Of a stretch of 19,336 bases of DNA, positions 15,326 to 19,336 are shown one piece after another. Both the position numbers and the translations under genes were made by a program. The notes beneath the pieces are model-generated. The model searched no databases. It was not told where the DNA came from and was given only the letters and a program-made list of their open reading frames with translations. Each line of letters begins with the position of its first letter. The first letter of the stretch is position 1. The DNA comes from Bdellovibrionales bacterium (GTDB taxonomy: Bacteria; Bdellovibrionota; Bdellovibrionia; Bdellovibrionales; UBA840), in contig JBBKWS010000145.1 of assembly GCA_037969075.1 (NCBI GenBank), forward strand, positions 1-19,336, in the 5' to 3' direction.

Positions 15326-16595
15326 ACATATTTCCTTTTACTTTTGATCTTCCTTCTCTCACGAAGAATTCGAATTCATCTCTAAATTTACTTACAAAGC
15401 TAATCGTAGGCAGAGCCGCCGCATCGGACAACGCACAAATCGTTCTACCCTTCATATTATTAGCAACCGTAAAAAGTAGCTCTATATCTTGCAATCGTCC
15501 TTTGCCAGTAACAATTTTACGACAAAGTTTATCGATCCATCCTGTACCTTCACGGCATGGAGTACACTGTCCGCAAGATTCATGATGATAAAAATGTAAA
15601 ATCACGTGCAGTAAATCAACCATACAGTGTGAATCATCAATAATGATAACTGCGCCTGAACCAAGCATAGATCCCATCTGTGCTAAACATTCATAATCCA
15701 TCGTCGCACGGTATGACTCTTCTGCGTTTAATACCGGAGCAGACGACCCACCAGGAATCACCGCTTTTAATTTTCGCCCAGGAAGTAAACCTCCACATTC
15801 ATTTTCAATAAGATCTTTTAGTGGGTAACCAAGTGGTACTTCATATGTTCCAGGCTTATTAACATCTCCACTTACTGAGAAGAGCTTTGAGCCCGCTGAT
15901 TTTTCTGTTCCGTATTTTCTAAAACCCTGCGCGCCATCACGAATAATATATTTAACAGCTGCAAGAGTTTCTACGTTATTTACAATCGTAGGTTTTCCAA
16001 GATAGCCCTTAACCGCAGGAAAAGGAGGCTTTAGTTTAGGTTGCCCTTTTAAGCCCTCAAGGGAAGAGATCATACCTGTTTCTTCTCCGCAGATATATGC
16101 CCCTGCACCACGGTACACATCCATGTCGTGGTCAAAACCACTACCCATAATATTTTTACCTAAATATCCCGCAGCATAAGCTTCTTTGATCGCTTTTTCT
16201 AAAATGATAGTAACATACTCGTATTCTCCACGAATATAGATATAGGATTTTGGAGAGCTAACAGCAAAGGCCGAGATAATCATACCCTCTATTAACTGGT
16301 GAGGAGCTTTTTCCATCATCAATCGATCTTTAAATGTGCCGGGCTCCCCTTCGTCCGCATTACAAAGCAAATATCTTGTTTCACCGTTGTCTGGCAGAAA
16401 ACTCCATTTTAGACCCGTTGGAAATCCTGCTCCACCGCGCCCGCGAAGACCAGAGGCTTTTACTTCCTCAATAATTTCTTTAGGCTTCATCTTAAAAGAT
16501 TTTTTTAAATCTGCGTAGCCGCCAAGTTTTTCATAGCCTTTAATGCCAACAAATTCAGGGTTATCATAATGTTCTGTTAAATACTTCAATCCCAT
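15306..16595 (-). CDS. nuoF: NADH-quinone oxidoreductase subunit F
   Basis: SGLRGRGGAGFPTGLKW, NADEGEPGTFKDR, GAGAYICGEET, ESCGQCTPCREG, TICAL. Confidence 0.97.
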   Translation of the reverse strand: MGLKYLTEHYDNPEFVGIKGYEKLGGYADLKKSFKMKPKEIIEEVKASGLRGRGGAGFPTGLKWSFLPDNGETRYLLCNADEGEPGTFKDRLMMEKAPHQLIEGMIISAFAVSSPKSYIYIRGEYEYVTIILEKAIKEAYAAGYLGKNIMGSGFDHDMDVYRGAGAYICGEETGMISSLEGLKGQPKLKPPFPAVKGYLGKPTIVNNVETLAAVKYIIRDGAQGFRKYGTEKSAGSKLFSVSGDVNKPGTYEVPLGYPLKDLIENECGGLLPGRKLKAVIPGGSSAPVLNAEESYRATMDYECLAQMGSMLGSGAVIIIDDSHCMVDLLHVILHFYHHESCGQCTPCREGTGWIDKLCRKIVTGKGRLQDIELLFTVANNMKGRTICALSDAAALPTISFVSKFRDEFEFFVREGRSKVKGNMYAQVSN

Positions 16596-17062
16596 TATTT
16601 TAACCTCTCTAAAAGCTCATCTACTTTTTTCTCACTCATCTTTTCGTGGTAATCAAAATTCACCTGTAATACTGGCGCCGTATCGCAAGACCCTAAGCAT
16701 TCGACTCGGGAAACTGTATATTTTCCGCACGGACTTACATCAGCCTCTTTTACACCAAGCTTTGCAGTGATATAATCTGTTAGCTCGCGACCTTTTTTCA
16801 TAGAGCAGGTCACGTTAGTACAAACTTGAATGTGATATTTGCCCGTAGGTTTCTTATTAAACATGGTATAAAATGTTGCCACTTCATTGATTTGTGCAGG
16901 AGGTATATCCATGATTTTTGCTAATTCCTGAATGCTCTCAGGGCTTACCCATCCCATTTCTTTTTGCACTTGATAAAGCGCTGGAATGATAGCTGACAGA
17001 CGAGATTCGTATCTGTCCAATTCTTTTTTAATATAATCTATACCTTCTTTTGATAATGACAT
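16595..17062 (-). CDS. nuoE: NADH-quinone oxidoreductase subunit E
   Basis: EVATFYTMF plus the [2Fe-2S] ligands in VCTNVTC and VECLGSC. Confidence 0.96.
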   Translation of the reverse strand: MSLSKEGIDYIKKELDRYESRLSAIIPALYQVQKEMGWVSPESIQELAKIMDIPPAQINEVATFYTMFNKKPTGKYHIQVCTNVTCSMKKGRELTDYITAKLGVKEADVSPCGKYTVSRVECLGSCDTAPVLQVNFDYHEKMSEKKVDELLERLK

Positions 17063-17070
17063 AAACCCTC

Positions 17071-18771
17071 TTATCGATCTAATTCGCCAGCGATTAAATT
17101 CATACTACCCAATACAGCAATAACATCTGCAAGTAAGCCACCCGTAATTTGCTCAGGAAACGATTGGTAAATAGCAAAACAAGGCGGACGCACACGCAAT
17201 CTATATGGATTAGGCCCACCATCACTTACTAAGTAAAATCCAAGCTCACCGTTTGCAGCTTCTGTGTAGTCATATACTTCGCCAACAGGAGGCTTAATCC
17301 CCTTCATAACAAGCATGAAGTGATTCATTAAACCTTCAATATTACCATACACATCTTTTTTCTCTGGAAGAACAATTCCTTTATCTCGAATTGTAAAATC
17401 TCCGCCTGGCATGTTTTTAATAACTTGCTCGATGATACGAACTGATTGCCTCATCTCTTCCATTCGAACTATATATCTATCGTAAACATCACCCGTAGTT
17501 CCTACTGGAATATCAAAATCTAGTTGGTTATAGCCGTAGTAAGGCTCAGCTTTTCTTAAATCTAAACCAACACCAGAGGCACGAAGGCAAGGACCCGTGT
17601 AGCCCCACTGCAAAGCTTCTTCGGCAGTAATTGATCCTACACCTTGCGTTCTTTGTAAGAAGATTTTATTTTTTGATAATAGACGATCGAATTCGTTCAC
17701 ACCTTTTTTAATATGCTTACAAGTCTCTAGTACTTCATTGAACCAACCCGGAGGCGCATCATAAGCCATACCACCAACACGAGTCATCGAAACGGTAAGT
17801 CTTGCTCCACAAAGTTTTTCAAATAACGAATAAACTCTTTCTCTTAACTCAAATAGATAAAAGAAACTTGTTAATGCCCCTAGATCTAGAGCATTAGCAC
17901 CGATACATACATTGTGATCGATAATACGCGATAGTTCTGCCAAGACGATTCGCATTGCTTTTGCTTTTGGCGGAATATCAACACCCAAAAGTTTTTCAAC
18001 AGATTTGCAGTAACCAATATTATTCATTGGAGCCGAACAATAGTTTAAACGATCTGTATATGGGATTACCTGATTGTACTGGTGAGTTTCTGCCATCTTC
18101 TCAAAGCAACGATGTAAAAAACCAAGCTCAACACCAGCTTTAACAATTTTTTCGCCATCAAGCGCTGCCATTACTCTAAGCGTACCATGAGTAGCTGGAT
18201 GTGAGGGTCCGATATTTAGAGGAATCAAATCTCTATCTGGGTCTTCTTGAAATCTCGTTCCATCTTCAAACTCTATTGGTAAAACATCGTGGCAGGCTTG
18301 CGTATTAGCAGCATCATAATCTTTACGAAGCGGATGTCCCTTGAAGTGATGATGAGTTAAAATCTTACGAAGTGCAGGGTGACCTTTAAAAACCACACCG
18401 TACATATCGTAGGCTTCACGCTCAAACCAATTTGCAGAGCGCCAAACAGTAGTAAGCGTGTCAATTGTTTCACCCTCGGGTAACTTTGCTTTAACTCGTA
18501 GGCGTTGAAAATTTTTAGAGTTAAACAAATGATATACAACTTCAAATCTAGGCTGACGTGGTAAATAATCAACAGCTGTAAGGTCCATCAAAACGTCATA
18601 CTTACCAGTATCTTTTAAAAACCTAAGAACATGTATAACTTTATCTTTTGGTACCTCTAAAACATGGCTACCAAAAGTTGCAGATAACAACATTTGAGGA
18701 TCTTGAAATTTTTGATGTAGGTCTTCTTTTAAAACTTCTAATTTAATCACGGCGTGGTCCCTTCCATGCAT
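17071..18771 (-). CDS. nuoCD: Fused NADH-quinone oxidoreductase subunit C/D
   Basis: NuoC motifs (DLTAVDY, ANWFEREAYDMYG, GHPLRKDY) fused to NuoD motifs (NIGPSHPATHG, DRLNY, terminal GELDR). The true start may be GTG 18750, which has the better-spaced RBS. Confidence 0.95.
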   Translation of the reverse strand: MHGRDHAVIKLEVLKEDLHQKFQDPQMLLSATFGSHVLEVPKDKVIHVLRFLKDTGKYDVLMDLTAVDYLPRQPRFEVVYHLFNSKNFQRLRVKAKLPEGETIDTLTTVWRSANWFEREAYDMYGVVFKGHPALRKILTHHHFKGHPLRKDYDAANTQACHDVLPIEFEDGTRFQEDPDRDLIPLNIGPSHPATHGTLRVMAALDGEKIVKAGVELGFLHRCFEKMAETHQYNQVIPYTDRLNYCSAPMNNIGYCKSVEKLLGVDIPPKAKAMRIVLAELSRIIDHNVCIGANALDLGALTSFFYLFELRERVYSLFEKLCGARLTVSMTRVGGMAYDAPPGWFNEVLETCKHIKKGVNEFDRLLSKNKIFLQRTQGVGSITAEEALQWGYTGPCLRASGVGLDLRKAEPYYGYNQLDFDIPVGTTGDVYDRYIVRMEEMRQSVRIIEQVIKNMPGGDFTIRDKGIVLPEKKDVYGNIEGLMNHFMLVMKGIKPPVGEVYDYTEAANGELGFYLVSDGGPNPYRLRVRPPCFAIYQSFPEQITGGLLADVIAVLGSMNLIAGELDR

Positions 18772-19294
18772 CTCTCCATGGACGTGGCTGATGAGTCTCG
18801 ATCATTCTTTGTAACAACATAATTCCATCCAGCACCGCCTCTGGTGTAGGTGGACAACCCGGAACAAAAACATCCACAGGAATTACTTTATCAACTCCTT
18901 GAAGCACATGATAGGATCTATAGAATCCACCCGAGCTAGCGCAAGCGCCCATTGATAAAACATATTTAGGCTCAAGCATTTGTTCGTAAATATGAATAAG
19001 CACAGGCACCATTTTTTCTGTGATTGTACCGGCAACTATCATCAAGTCTGCTTGTCTTGGCGAAAACCTAACAACCTCTGCGCCGAATCTGGCGAGATCA
19101 TATTTAGGTCCCATCACTGACATCAATTCGATACCACAACAAGCAGTACCGTAAGGCAAAGGCCACAAGGCATTCTTTTGCCCCCATGCCATCCAATCAT
19201 CTATCTTGGTTGTCATTACACCAGTAAAAAGCAACTGGTTTACATCAGATTCAGAGACATTCGTCCCCGTATTTTGGTTCGACAATACAGACAT
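18743..19294 (-). CDS. nuoB: NADH-quinone oxidoreductase subunit B
   Basis: GTACCGIE, YDLARFG, SPRQAD, SMGACASSGG, PGCPPTPE; RBS GAGGA upstream. Confidence 0.97.
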   Translation of the reverse strand: MSVLSNQNTGTNVSESDVNQLLFTGVMTTKIDDWMAWGQKNALWPLPYGTACCGIELMSVMGPKYDLARFGAEVVRFSPRQADLMIVAGTITEKMVPVLIHIYEQMLEPKYVLSMGACASSGGFYRSYHVLQGVDKVIPVDVFVPGCPPTPEAVLDGIMLLQRMIETHQPRPWRDAWKGPRRD

Positions 19295-19336
19295 ATTTCC
19301 TCACTATATGGCAAAGAATCTATCGCTAATTCATTG

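Noticed and set aside
13398..18572. Short antisense or out-of-frame ORFs inside the nuo genes
   Set aside because: All are nested in strongly conserved genes and have no independent signals.

Overview
AT-rich bacterial chromosomal window; the gene set (short flagellin, FecR/Pro-rich and TPR-barrel proteins, split nuo operon with fused NuoCD) suggests a Bdellovibrionota-like organism, which is inference. Left arm: 3' part of a flagellin, a Lys/Ala-rich histone-like protein with an acidic tail, a sigma-54 activator lacking a regulatory domain, xerC-gmhB, a secreted FecR-domain protein and a TPR/outer-membrane beta-barrel protein. Right arm (minus strand, tightly packed for about 12 kb): nuoB-CD-E-F-G-I without nuoH, then a second divergent NuoB/C/D/I-like cassette, a degenerate cysteine-desulfurase-like protein, a flippase-like membrane protein, mgtE and recO. 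The main lead is the second cassette: all Fe-S ligands are kept in its B and I subunits, but the D-like subunit has lost the quinone-site residues and has no NiFe ligands, and it is translationally coupled to an IscS-like pseudoenzyme. Secondary leads are a dif-like sequence just upstream of xerC and a 17-bp palindromic motif shared by two promoter regions. No RNA genes, CRISPR arrays or IS elements were recognised. All alignments were made by eye.
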